Notes under the pieces: model-generated
What the model saw: the letters and a program-made list of their open reading frames with translations, nothing else
Told to the model about the DNA's origin: nothing
Database searches by the model: none
Program-made: the position numbers and the translations under genes
Assembly (NCBI GenBank): GCA_003973385.1
Contig: QNYK01000010.1
Location: 4,519-68,518 of the forward strand
DNA from: Bacillota bacterium
GTDB lineage: Bacteria > Planctomycetota > UBA8108 > UBA1146
Direction: 5' to 3'
Length of the DNA: 64,000 nt
Part shown: positions 54,023 through 63,910 of the stretch, piece by piece
Position numbering within the stretch: the first letter of the stretch is position 1
How the letters are laid out: the number at the start of each line of letters is the position of its first letter

Positions 54023-54784
54023 GTGGACGTCCATCGACCGGATTCGGTACTCGCTTCCCTGGTGGCGTTACTGTGGCCCGAATCCTGTAGACTCTGTGCC
54101 TGTCCGCCCCGGCCAGGAAGATCGCTCTGTGGCGACTGCCAGACGCGGCTCCCACCCCTCTCGCCAGACTGCTGCCGCTGCCTGCACAGCGGCCCCGATC
54201 GTGCCGGCGGCTGTCGCGGCTGCCGTGCAGGCGCTCCTCTTCGACCGATGATTCACCTCTCGACACACGAGGGAGCCTTGCGGGAGTTGATCCTGCTCGG
54301 AAAGCGCCAGCACCGTGACGATGTTGCAGAACTGCTCTCGACGGCGTTGTCGGCGATCATTCCGTTTCGATGGCCAGGCATCCGGCACGCATCCGCAGTG
54401 GTCCCCGTGCCGAGGCACTGGCTGCGGCGTTGCACTCAGGGAGTCTCCTTTGCCGAGAGACTTGCGATTCCGCTGGCCAGCAAGCTCGAACTCAGATGTC
54501 GACACCTGCTGCGAAGACGCCGCGGGCCGACCCAGGTGAGTTTGAGCGTGGGCCGCAGAAAAAGCCTCGCAGCAGGCGCGTTTCAACCCAGGAGCCCTCG
54601 GCATCTCGCGCTGGCTCGGCCCAACAAGGTGGTCTTGATCGACGATGTCTACACCACCGGCGCCACACTTCGAGCGGCGACCCGTGCCCTCGAAGCCTCG
54701 GGTCTGGAGGTCCAGTTGTGGATTGTCGCCAGCGTCAGTCCAGGATCAGATCCGGGTCGGGATTACGGGATGGCGACCAGATAG
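54023..54784 (+). CDS. comF: ComF-family protein (zinc ribbon plus phosphoribosyltransferase)
   Basis: LWPESCRLC..LCGDC..CCRC..CRGC, VPVPRH, VVLIDDVYTTGATL. Confidence 0.88.
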   Translation: MDVHRPDSVLASLVALLWPESCRLCACPPRPGRSLCGDCQTRLPPLSPDCCRCLHSGPDRAGGCRGCRAGAPLRPMIHLSTHEGALRELILLGKRQHRDDVAELLSTALSAIIPFRWPGIRHASAVVPVPRHWLRRCTQGVSFAERLAIPLASKLELRCRHLLRRRRGPTQVSLSVGRRKSLAAGAFQPRSPRHLALARPNKVVLIDDVYTTGATLRAATRALEASGLEVQLWIVASVSPGSDPGRDYGMATR

Positions 54785-55590
54785 GCGATCCAGGCATCGG
54801 TATTTTCGGCTTGATGTTCGAGTGTGAACTCACCATCGCCTTCCCCATCCTCATCGGTCCCCTCCCAGTAGACCTCGACCGAGGAGAAACCGGCATCGAT
54901 CAAGATGTCCTGACTCTCCTTCATGCCGTAGCGACGCCAGTCGTAGGTGAAGGCGCGCTTCATCTTGGATCCGTCCGGAAAGTGGAAAGAGATGTGGCAG
55001 AGAATCTCATCGCTGATCCCACAGACCTTGTCCTGGTCCCAGATATAATCGAAGCCGTCCTTCTCGTGCTCCTCCTCCATCTCCTCGTAGGCTTCCTTGC
55101 CACCGTAGATGTCGAGGACGAAGAGGCCACTTCCAGCGAGGCTTTCGCGAACCGAACTGAAGTACTCGATGAGTTGCCTGCGCTGCTTGAAGATCCACCA
55201 TGAAAAGTTCATGGCACATACGATATCCACGGGGTCATTGGGTGCGTCGAGAACATTGGCGATGCGGAGATCAACTCGAGAGCGTTGCTCGCTGTCGAGT
55301 TTGGTCAGGTTGTGTTCGACACCCCAGTTGACTGTATCGGAATCAAGGTCGTAGCCGATGGCCCTGTAAGTCGGATTGTGCTGAGCCCATGTCGCAGAGA
55401 GAAACCCCGTACCGCAAAAATCTTCACGTAACAGGATTGGATCACGCTTGAACTTGCTACGGAATATCTCTTCCATGAACTCGATATCCGCCTCCGGCTC
55501 CTGCACCGCCCGCTGGTAAAGGTCATGTTTGTTGGCCAGAAATGCCTGTCGATCCGGTTTCTTCTTCTTGTTCTTCTTCGCCCCGGCCAC
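54763..55590 (-). CDS. Class I SAM-dependent methyltransferase
   Basis: LREDFCGTG, GYDLD, GLFVLDIYGG. Confidence 0.85.
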   Translation of the reverse strand: MAGAKKNKKKKPDRQAFLANKHDLYQRAVQEPEADIEFMEEIFRSKFKRDPILLREDFCGTGFLSATWAQHNPTYRAIGYDLDSDTVNWGVEHNLTKLDSEQRSRVDLRIANVLDAPNDPVDIVCAMNFSWWIFKQRRQLIEYFSSVRESLAGSGLFVLDIYGGKEAYEEMEEEHEKDGFDYIWDQDKVCGISDEILCHISFHFPDGSKMKRAFTYDWRRYGMKESQDILIDAGFSSVEVYWEGTDEDGEGDGEFTLEHQAENTDAWIAYLVAIP

Positions 55591-55915
55591 CAATGGCCCC
55601 CTAATCAGTTCTGTTCTCTGGTGATCAACCTGTCCGTATGATCTGCAGATCATCGGCTCTTCATGCCACTTCTCAAGGCATCAGCCGCCACTTCTCGGCG
55701 AGAACTGCCCTGCTGGATATCGCTTTCCGCCGCCACTGAAGGGCTTCGAAGCCCGACCCCGGCACCCGAGTCGATAAATCAACTGGAGTGTTCGATATCT
55801 CCCCCGTTATCCTCTCACCCTACACGCAGGGACCGAGGGCTCGCAATGAAGAGCGCCGATGAAATCGGAGTGGGCTCCTTGGCGAGGCGTTCGAAGAGAG
55901 CGAAGGGAAGGCAGA

Positions 55916-57730
55916 GTGACACCGGAAATCATCGAGGTCCTGATCGTGCTCGCAATCACATTGATCTTTTTTGCCAGTGAAATCCTGGCGGTCGATGTCA
56001 TCGCCGTGCTCGTTCTTATCTACCTGGTAGTTCCCGTGCCCTGGCGAGACCTTCCCTTGCTCCCCCTCGAAGATGCTCTGCTGGGATTCGGGCACCCTGC
56101 GGTGATCGGAGTGGGTGCTCTGTTCATCGTCAGTGAGGGACTGCTACGAACAGGGGCCCTCGGTTTCCTCTCTAACCACCTGCATGAGTGGAGCCGCGGC
56201 AGTAACCGGCTGCTGACCGCCTTGATGCTCCTGATCGTGCTGGTCTCCAGTGCCTTCCTCAACAACACGCCTGTCGTTGCGATGTTCATCCCGGTGGCCC
56301 TGGGAGCGTGCCTTCGCAGCGGTATGAATCCATCTTCGATTCTGATCCCTCTCTCGTATGCAGCGATTCTTGGCGGGACCTGTACTCTCATCGGAACCTC
56401 GACCAACATCCTGGTCGCATCCATCGCACGAGAAAGCAATCCTGACATCCAGCTGGGAATGTTCGAGTTCACGAAACTGGGCTTCATCCTGGCAGCGATC
56501 GGATTCGTCTATCTGCTGACCGTGGCGCCCAGGTTGTTGCCGGAAAGGCAAACGATCACATCGCTCGCCAGCCTGGGCGGCGACCGGAGACACCGGGAGT
56601 ACATCACCGAGATCGAGGTTCGCGGTGGCGATCTGATCGGCCAGCGATTTGGCGACACGATGCTCGCCATCCCGGGCAAGGTACGAATACTCCAGATCAT
56701 CCGTGGCGAGGAGATCATCTGGCCACCCCTGGAAGATGAGAAACTTCAGCTCGGAGACGCTCTGGTGATCTCAGGGTCCATCGAGGACCTGATGGAAGTT
56801 CAAGAGGAACAAGGAGTTGCGAGTCTCTCCGAGATCGTTTCCGAGACCGAGGGAAGCGCATCTCAGCGAGAGTCTCAACTCGCAGAGTTACTGGTTCTGC
56901 CGAGTAGTCCTTATGTCGGCCAGCTGCTCGGGTCGGTCGAGTTGCGCCGCCGCTTCGGGCTCAATGTCATCGGACTCCAGCGTCACGGCATGCACATGCG
57001 TAGCAAGATCAGCGAGCACCCCCTGAGGACCGGTGACGTGTTGCTGATCCAGGGCACTCCGGAGGGCCTCGACCGCATTCGCGGTGAAGAGGGAGTAGTG
57101 CTGATGTCGGGTGTCGACGATGTCGTGGTACGAAAAGAAAAGGCGCCTCTGGCGATCTTCGTGCTGATCGCCGTGATCGGTTTGCTGGCAACCCAGATGC
57201 TCCCGATGGCCACGGTGGCGCTTGCGGGAGCCGTCGCGATGGTTGTGACCGGCTGTATCAGTGGCACGAAGATCTACGAGGCGGTGCAGTGGAAGATCCT
57301 GGTGTTGATCGCAGGCACCCTCGCCCTGGGAAAAGCGATGGAATCGAGCGGTACCGCCGACTGGCTGGCACTCCTGGTCGTGGATCTGAAACCATTTCTA
57401 GGCGCACACGGCCTGGTCGTGGTCACCCTGATCGTCGCCGCCCTGTTGACCGAGATGGTTTCCAATGCAGCGGTCGCTGCAGTGCTGGTGCCGGTGGCTC
57501 TGAAGATCGCTACCGAGGTGCAGGCCTCCCCCTACCCATTTGTCATGGCGGTGGCCTTTGGTGCCTCTCTGTCGTTCTTGACGCCGATAGGGTATCAGAC
57601 CAACACCCTCGTCTATGGCGCCGGAGGCTATCGCTTTGGCGACTTTGCCCGGGTCGGAGCCCCCTTGGTGGTGATCATCTGGACCGTGGCAGGTCTATTG
57701 ATCCCCTACTTCTGGCCGCTGACTGGCTGA
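55916..57730 (+). CDS. SLC13/CitT-like transporter with two TrkA-C domains
   Basis: SAFLNNTPVVA, LGGTCTLIGTSTN, EMVSNAA, FLTPIGYQTN. Confidence 0.92.
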   Translation: MTPEIIEVLIVLAITLIFFASEILAVDVIAVLVLIYLVVPVPWRDLPLLPLEDALLGFGHPAVIGVGALFIVSEGLLRTGALGFLSNHLHEWSRGSNRLLTALMLLIVLVSSAFLNNTPVVAMFIPVALGACLRSGMNPSSILIPLSYAAILGGTCTLIGTSTNILVASIARESNPDIQLGMFEFTKLGFILAAIGFVYLLTVAPRLLPERQTITSLASLGGDRRHREYITEIEVRGGDLIGQRFGDTMLAIPGKVRILQIIRGEEIIWPPLEDEKLQLGDALVISGSIEDLMEVQEEQGVASLSEIVSETEGSASQRESQLAELLVLPSSPYVGQLLGSVELRRRFGLNVIGLQRHGMHMRSKISEHPLRTGDVLLIQGTPEGLDRIRGEEGVVLMSGVDDVVVRKEKAPLAIFVLIAVIGLLATQMLPMATVALAGAVAMVVTGCISGTKIYEAVQWKILVLIAGTLALGKAMESSGTADWLALLVVDLKPFLGAHGLVVVTLIVAALLTEMVSNAAVAAVLVPVALKIATEVQASPYPFVMAVAFGASLSFLTPIGYQTNTLVYGAGGYRFGDFARVGAPLVVIIWTVAGLLIPYFWPLTG

Positions 57731-57750
57731 CTTCTGGCCGCTGACTGGCT
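57708..57750. repeat. 22-bp tandem duplication at the transporter stop codon
   Basis: ACTTCTGGCCGCTGACTGGCT-G-ACTTCTGGCCGCTGACTGGCT. Confidence 0.85.
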
Positions 57751-57765
57751 CAATCTGCACCGATC

Positions 57766-60700
57766 TCAGGGACAAACCGTCTCCATGCACTGCAAGGTGT
57801 CGCCGGTCAGATCCTCCCCACACGTCGCTCCCGGGGCCGGCAATTCTGCGCCACCGGAGAAGAGATATGTCAGTACTGTGATGGGATCCGCAACATCGAT
57901 GCTGCCATCGTCGTTACTGTCGTGACCATCTTCACAGCTGGTGAGAGAAGTGCCTCCTCCGAACAGAAGTTGCAGCGTCGAGATCGCATCCGAGATATCG
58001 AGCGAACCGTCTCCATTTCCATCGCCACGGACGAAGAAGACGCCAGAGCAGGATCCAGGTTGAGACAGTGCGTCAGCAGGATCGGAACATGCAAGACGCT
58101 CGTCCCCATCAAAGTGGCCGTCGAGATCACGATCGATGCCCATCCGTAGGGCCGATTCGGTGGGGACCACGGTGAAGGTCACTTCCGCACCCGCTACCGC
58201 CGAGTTGAGAAGTTCGGTGAAGGTGGTGCCTTCGGTGAGGATGTCGGACTGGAATATGCCGGTGCCGGCACCCACCAGTACCCAGCCACGAAGGAAACCG
58301 CCTTGCCATGCCTTGGCGATCACACCGACCCTGCCCAGGCTCGCCTCCTCGAGGATGATCTGCGCAACTGCGAGCACTTGCGGGTCATCTCTATTGGTCT
58401 CGTCGAAGGTGATCTGCATACCCACTGCAGCGTGCGAATCCTGGCTTGGCGATCCGAGAGGTTCGAACGGTGTCTGGTTGCTTCCATCAGGGAGGTCGGA
58501 TCCAGAGAACGCGAGCATGAAGGCGGTCAGATCGGCAATCTGCTGATCATTGATCACCGAGAAGGCAGGTTCACTGATGAAGCGCTCGACAGAATCCACC
58601 GACCCGTCGTGCAGGAATCCAAATCCGGTGGTGTTGAGCAGTTGAGTCGTATTGAAGCCGGAGCGCTTGTAGACGTTTCGCAACTGAGGAATCTTAATGT
58701 TCCTCTGGGCGGAACCGTCGACACTGACCATGCCGTGGTGCTTTTCCCCCATCGGACCGTCCGGAATCTCTTCCATGACAAAGCCAGCACTGAATACCGA
58801 GTTGGGTCCGATTCCGATGGGCAACGCGTGGCAGGTCACACACTGCAGACCTCCATCGAGGCCAGCATTGCGGTAGAGATCCAGCCCAGTCACTGCGTTT
58901 CCTGGTCCCAGTGATTCACCTTCAGACCCGAAGCGACCGGTCGTGTAATGCCCATCGAGTGGCAATGCCGTCGGCAGTTCATTCCTGAGGCCGCGGAACG
59001 GATTGGGAGGAAAATAGATGCTGGCGAGGAACGCCTCGAAATCCTGCATCGAATTGCCTCCAAGCGGGAGATCATCTCCATTGATCGACATGAATGCGCC
59101 ACCAAAGGCCTCGATACCAAATTTATCTCCACGCCAGTGATGAGGTTCCTTGCCGATGATGTCCTGCAATGTCTGCGTCAACATCGGTCCCTTCATCGGA
59201 TGGAAATCATCACACGGAGGTACTCCCGGCAGCGGCAAACCCATGTTGCAGACATCCACAAATGGAGCCACCTCCCCGGCAGGATCTCCCAGATCCCATG
59301 CCAGGCGGTCGGTCCTGGCATCGACATGGCAAGAAGCACAGGAGACCTGGCCCATTCCGGAGGTGAGGTGTGTGTCGTAGAGGAACTTTCGGCCCGCGCG
59401 CACCACTTCACCGGTCGGATCGTGATATGTGTCTCGACCACTGATGGTGCCGGTCTGTATATCGATGGAAGCCACCGATGCATCGAAGTGCTCGTGTACA
59501 TAGAGCTTCCCCCTCGATTCATCGAGGGCGAGACCGGTCGCTCCCGCGCCCACGTCGATGGGGTCCGCAACAAGGTTTCGGGTTCCGTCGGCCTGCAGCC
59601 TGACGACATTTCCTGATCCCTTACCGGCGACAAAAGCCTCGGTACCCGCGGCATTCCAGACGATGGCACGCGGATCTCCGATGCTCAGTAACTGCTGATC
59701 GGGGGGAACACTGACACCACCGGCGGGTAGATGAGGATTGAGATCCTCGATCTGTGCGCTGGCCGTACCTCCCGGGGTGATCATCGCATGCAGCACATCG
59801 ATGAAGTGCCCGTTGAGATTGTGTTCGTAGCGGATGTGATTGAATGCCTCTGTTCCGACCACCGAGATGGCTCCATCGGTCGGACGAACACCGATCGCCA
59901 TGCAGATGTTCATCAGGGACTGGATGTATGTGACCGAGTTGTCCGCAGTATCGATGACCGCGACATCATGATCTGCCAGATCCCAGCCGACCTGACGACC
60001 CGAAAGGTCTGCCTGTGGCCCGCTGACGAAATCTCCCCAGTCGCTTCCATTGTCATCGACCCACACATCCTGGTCGATCTTCTTCACGATCAGTGCCACG
60101 GGTGGAGGTGTACCTATGCTGGGGTTCAGTGGTGGCTCAAAGTCGCCATTGGCATTGGGCGGAGGATTGACGCCACCATAAGGCCCCGCTGGATCACTGA
60201 CGATGTTGGGAGGGAAAGCGATGACATTGAGTCCGCCGTCAAATCCTCCACCGAGCACGGTGGTGCCATTGCCGGATTCAAAGATGGCGCAGTAGACGGT
60301 CGATCCGTCGGGGCTTTTTGCAAGTGCCCGAGGCTCCTCACCGATCAAAGCTATGATCTCGGGGGAGGCTGTCACATCGGATGGATCGAACACCATGATC
60401 TCATCGGTCCCCGAGCAGGAAACATAAGCCCGTTCCGGAGTACCTGCAAAGATCACATCCGCAGGTTCATCCGCTGTCATCAATGTCCATCGCACATAGC
60501 CATTTTGTAGATCGACGATGCTGATGGTGTCGGAAATTCGATTCACCACCCACGCCTCGGTCGCATTGCGAGCTCGCACCGATACAGGATCCAGCCCTAC
60601 CGGCACCGACAGCAACGGCACCGGGACACCGGAACTGATGTCGTAGATTTCCAGGTGGGAATCTGCAGTGTTGGTCGCCAGCAACAGGTCACTGCCCGAA

Positions 60701-60828
60701 ACCAGTTCAAGCGGATGTACCGGGGGGCTTTCCCAGTTGATCCAGGATTCACTGGTGACCTGTGCTGAAAGTGCTGAACAGAAGATCAGCAAGGATACCA
60801 ATACTGCCATCATTGTAGTCGTTCTCAT
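57766..60828 (-). CDS. Secreted YVTN-like beta-propeller, di-heme c-type cytochrome and dockerin-like domain protein
   Basis: Signal peptide; propeller repeats (VPVGLDPVSV, WVVNRISDTISIVD); CASCH and CVTCH; IPQLRNVY...GFLHDGS; FVRGDGNGDGSLDISDA...DSNDDGSIDVAD. Confidence 0.85.
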   Translation of the reverse strand: MRTTTMMAVLVSLLIFCSALSAQVTSESWINWESPPVHPLELVSGSDLLLATNTADSHLEIYDISSGVPVPLLSVPVGLDPVSVRARNATEAWVVNRISDTISIVDLQNGYVRWTLMTADEPADVIFAGTPERAYVSCSGTDEIMVFDPSDVTASPEIIALIGEEPRALAKSPDGSTVYCAIFESGNGTTVLGGGFDGGLNVIAFPPNIVSDPAGPYGGVNPPPNANGDFEPPLNPSIGTPPPVALIVKKIDQDVWVDDNGSDWGDFVSGPQADLSGRQVGWDLADHDVAVIDTADNSVTYIQSLMNICMAIGVRPTDGAISVVGTEAFNHIRYEHNLNGHFIDVLHAMITPGGTASAQIEDLNPHLPAGGVSVPPDQQLLSIGDPRAIVWNAAGTEAFVAGKGSGNVVRLQADGTRNLVADPIDVGAGATGLALDESRGKLYVHEHFDASVASIDIQTGTISGRDTYHDPTGEVVRAGRKFLYDTHLTSGMGQVSCASCHVDARTDRLAWDLGDPAGEVAPFVDVCNMGLPLPGVPPCDDFHPMKGPMLTQTLQDIIGKEPHHWRGDKFGIEAFGGAFMSINGDDLPLGGNSMQDFEAFLASIYFPPNPFRGLRNELPTALPLDGHYTTGRFGSEGESLGPGNAVTGLDLYRNAGLDGGLQCVTCHALPIGIGPNSVFSAGFVMEEIPDGPMGEKHHGMVSVDGSAQRNIKIPQLRNVYKRSGFNTTQLLNTTGFGFLHDGSVDSVERFISEPAFSVINDQQIADLTAFMLAFSGSDLPDGSNQTPFEPLGSPSQDSHAAVGMQITFDETNRDDPQVLAVAQIILEEASLGRVGVIAKAWQGGFLRGWVLVGAGTGIFQSDILTEGTTFTELLNSAVAGAEVTFTVVPTESALRMGIDRDLDGHFDGDERLACSDPADALSQPGSCSGVFFVRGDGNGDGSLDISDAISTLQLLFGGGTSLTSCEDGHDSNDDGSIDVADPITVLTYLFSGGAELPAPGATCGEDLTGDTLQCMETVCP

Positions 60829-60908
60829 CAAGAGCCCTTCGGTCTTGGGGGGGGGGAGCACGCAATCCGCTGTACACCATCGATGATAGGGGATGAGGCC
60901 CTGAGTCA

Positions 60909-61820
60909 CTAGCGCGAAGATACCTCATCCATGCGTCGAGAAATCTCTGCAAGACGCTCTTTGCCGCCTCCAGAGACCTCTGCAGATCCCCATCCGCGGT
61001 AGCCAACCTCGTCGAGAGCCTTCATCGTCTCGGCCCACTCGACCGAGGACTCGGGATCGCCGATCTTGCACTTGAACCCTGCCCAGGGACCGTCCTTTTC
61101 CATCAGAGCGCGAGAGTAATCCTTGATATCGACCTTGATGGTACGACTTCCGAGTTTGCGGACCCATTCCGGAGGACTTCCATAGCGCACGATGTTTCCG
61201 GTATCGAAATACCACCCGACCCAGGGGCTCTCGAACTGATCGACATACTTGACCGCTTCATCCGCGTCGGTGATGAAATCGTTCCAGACATTTTCGAAGG
61301 CGATGCGAACCTTCAACTCTGCGGCGAGGGGAATCAGTTCCTTGATCGCCTCGGTCGAACGTTGCCAGGCATCTTCGTAGGTCGCCGCTCCATTGGTACA
61401 GGTTCCCGGGACCAGCAGGACGGTGGTACCACCGAAGAGACGACAGTCTCGTAAGGCGGTCTCGACTCCATCGATCCCGGCACGCCGGGTCGCTTCGTCA
61501 GCGGCAGAAAGCGGCTTGCCCCAGTGTGTGGAACAGACCACTCCCGGGATCTCCAGACCACTCTCCGCCTTCGCTCTCAGCACCTCTCGCCAATCGAGGC
61601 CCGATGGAGAATCGAGTTCGATGCCGTCGAAACCGAGACCCTTGAGAATCTGGAACTTCTCCAGCAGCGTGTCTCCCACCTTCGCCATGCCGATCTTGAG
61701 GGATTTCTTGAGCCTGGGTGCTCGACCATGAAACCCTGGAATCGACATCTCCATCGCCTTTCCCAGCGAACTCCCGATCACAGCCAGCGAAGTCGCCGTG
61801 ATAAATGTCCTGCGGTCCAT
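60909..61820 (-). CDS. Tat-exported sugar phosphate isomerase/epimerase (xylose isomerase-like TIM barrel)
   Basis: MDRRTFI; GFDGIEL, FENVWNDF, YFDTGN, DIKDY, SAEV. Confidence 0.9.
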   Translation of the reverse strand: MDRRTFITATSLAVIGSSLGKAMEMSIPGFHGRAPRLKKSLKIGMAKVGDTLLEKFQILKGLGFDGIELDSPSGLDWREVLRAKAESGLEIPGVVCSTHWGKPLSAADEATRRAGIDGVETALRDCRLFGGTTVLLVPGTCTNGAATYEDAWQRSTEAIKELIPLAAELKVRIAFENVWNDFITDADEAVKYVDQFESPWVGWYFDTGNIVRYGSPPEWVRKLGSRTIKVDIKDYSRALMEKDGPWAGFKCKIGDPESSVEWAETMKALDEVGYRGWGSAEVSGGGKERLAEISRRMDEVSSR

Positions 61821-61834
61821 CTCGGCACTCCTGC

Positions 61835-63100
61835 CTAGACCAGTGCAGTCCGTCCGGGAACCGCCACCTCGGGCATGGCAAGATCTCCAAACTCCCACCT
61901 CTCCGGCAGCAGGTCCAACTGCGAGTTGAGGGCGAAGTCGAGGGTGACCTCCTTACCGGTGTAGGCACTCATGCGACCCATGATGGCGGTCAGCGTACTC
62001 ATCGCGACTCGCTCCGCCTCGTTGAGGGGATCGTTGGCGCGGATGCTTGCGATCAGGTCAGCGTGTTCCTGGACATATGGATTCTTACCGCCACCGGGGG
62101 CGCTCCAGTTGGTCTCACCGGTGATCCGGCCCGATGGGTTGGCCACTCCCTTGGTTCCGATGATCTTCTCCGAGACCCGGTTCCAGCAGCCGTCGATCTG
62201 ACGGCATTCACTGAGGGTTCGGACGCCACCGGGATAGACATACTCGACCGCAAAATGGTCGAAGACGTGACCGTATTCAGCTCCGGTTCGGACCTGACGC
62301 CCCCCCATCGCATTGGCCTTTTCAGGCGGACCTCCGAAGGCCCAGTTCATGACATCGATGTTGTGGATGTGTTGTTCGACGATGTGGTCTCCACTGGCCC
62401 AGGCGAAGTAGAGCCAGTTCCTGACCTGCCACTCCATGTCCGACATCTGGGGCGTCTTGCGAGCCACCCACAGTCCACCCTGATTCCAGTACACCTGTGC
62501 TGCGACCAGATCTCCGATGGCGCCATCGTGAATCTGCTGCATCGTCTCGATGTAACCCTTCTGATGCCGGCGCTGGGTGCCCGCAACGACTGCGAGCCCC
62601 TTGTGCTTGGCAACCTTGGCTGCTTCCAGCACCTTGCGAATCCCGGGCCCATCGGTGGCGACCGGTTTCTCCATGAAGACATTCTTGCCAGCAGCCACAG
62701 CGGCCTCGAAGTGGATCGGACGGAAGCCAGGGGGGGTGGCCAGGATCACCATGTCGACATCGGAGGTGAGCAGTTGCTGGTAGGCATCGAAGCCGACGAA
62801 GCAGCGTTCTTCAGGAACATCGAAGCCGTCGCCGAGTTTCTTGAGGTTATTGCGACTCGAGTCGAGACGGTCCCGGAACAGATCCGCCATGGCGGTGATC
62901 TTGACACCCGGGGAGGAATTCACGCAGTTGTTGGCAGCGCCCGAACCACGGCCACCACAGCCGATCAGTCCGACGCGGATGATATCCGAGCCACCGGCAT
63001 GAACCGAACCGGGCAAGGATGTCAGCAGGGTGGCTGCAGAAGCGGCGGCCGCTCCCTTCAAGAAGTCTCTACGGGTCGCACCAGGATCCTGCTCGCTCAT
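61835..63100 (-). CDS. Tat-exported Gfo/Idh/MocA oxidoreductase
   Basis: TRRDFLK; VGLIGCGGRG, MEKP, GTQRRH, EQHIHNID. Confidence 0.93.
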   Translation of the reverse strand: MSEQDPGATRRDFLKGAAAASAATLLTSLPGSVHAGGSDIIRVGLIGCGGRGSGAANNCVNSSPGVKITAMADLFRDRLDSSRNNLKKLGDGFDVPEERCFVGFDAYQQLLTSDVDMVILATPPGFRPIHFEAAVAAGKNVFMEKPVATDGPGIRKVLEAAKVAKHKGLAVVAGTQRRHQKGYIETMQQIHDGAIGDLVAAQVYWNQGGLWVARKTPQMSDMEWQVRNWLYFAWASGDHIVEQHIHNIDVMNWAFGGPPEKANAMGGRQVRTGAEYGHVFDHFAVEYVYPGGVRTLSECRQIDGCWNRVSEKIIGTKGVANPSGRITGETNWSAPGGGKNPYVQEHADLIASIRANDPLNEAERVAMSTLTAIMGRMSAYTGKEVTLDFALNSQLDLLPERWEFGDLAMPEVAVPGRTALV

Positions 63101-63906
63101 CGGTCCTCCTTGTTAGACTGTCCTTTAGAGTTCGGTTTCGATTCGGCTCTGCTGGGCCACCAGAGATCGGCCAGTACCAGCGCCAGCAAGATCGCCTGGC
63201 CGATGCTGTAGCCGACCCCGGAGATCACGATGCACAGCGCCCAGGATGGACTGAAACGGGCCAGCCACCAACCCCCTATATCCCCCAGCAATCCGAGCCC
63301 CATCACCGCTACCAGCAGCGAGATGGTTCGAACAGGCCAGCGCGTCAGCAACGCCAGAGCCACTACCACGATGCCCTGAATCGACATGCTGAGGGCGTGA
63401 GCATGGGTCGACATCGTCAGAACAGTGTCGGGAGTGGCGCGAATCTCGCGCGAAAATGCGATCGATTTGATGTCGTCAAAGTACTCGAGGGGTGGCAGGG
63501 GCGTCCCCGTCTCCGCTCCCGTCTGACGTGTATGGCAATCCAGGCAGCGGCTTGCGATGATCTCGGCAGGCGGGATCTCCAGATCGAGACTGTCGTAATC
63601 CTCGACGATCCGGGTGCCCGCGAGCCAGTCGAGCAGGATCTGTTTCTCGGCAGCAGGAAGTTCCGCAGGATGCCCTCGCTCGAGCGCCGAATTGAGCAGC
63701 GAGGGAGTGTTGATGCCGTGGTAAGCACCCTTGATGTCATCGAGAGTAAACTCCGGTCGCTCGTCGCGGTTCGCGTAGTGATTCACGAGGTGAGATGCGC
63801 TCGCCGCCAATCCCCCCAGTAACACCAGTACCAGCCCGGTCAATCCGAGGCGAATCCCGATCGGTTGAGTGTGAAGCCCGTTGCCCACGGTGTGGCTCCC
63901 AGCCAT
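63097..63906 (-). CDS. Membrane protein with one c-type heme motif
   Basis: N-terminal TM, CLDCH, STHAHAL, three to four C-terminal TM helices; stop overlaps the downstream start. Confidence 0.75.
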   Translation of the reverse strand: MAGSHTVGNGLHTQPIGIRLGLTGLVLVLLGGLAASASHLVNHYANRDERPEFTLDDIKGAYHGINTPSLLNSALERGHPAELPAAEKQILLDWLAGTRIVEDYDSLDLEIPPAEIIASRCLDCHTRQTGAETGTPLPPLEYFDDIKSIAFSREIRATPDTVLTMSTHAHALSMSIQGIVVVALALLTRWPVRTISLLVAVMGLGLLGDIGGWWLARFSPSWALCIVISGVGYSIGQAILLALVLADLWWPSRAESKPNSKGQSNKEDR

Positions 63907-63910
63907 CGAA

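Noticed and set aside
57766..60828. Hydrazine synthase / anammox call
   Set aside because: Only architectural resemblance; no hzsA, hao/hdh or related cluster in the window.
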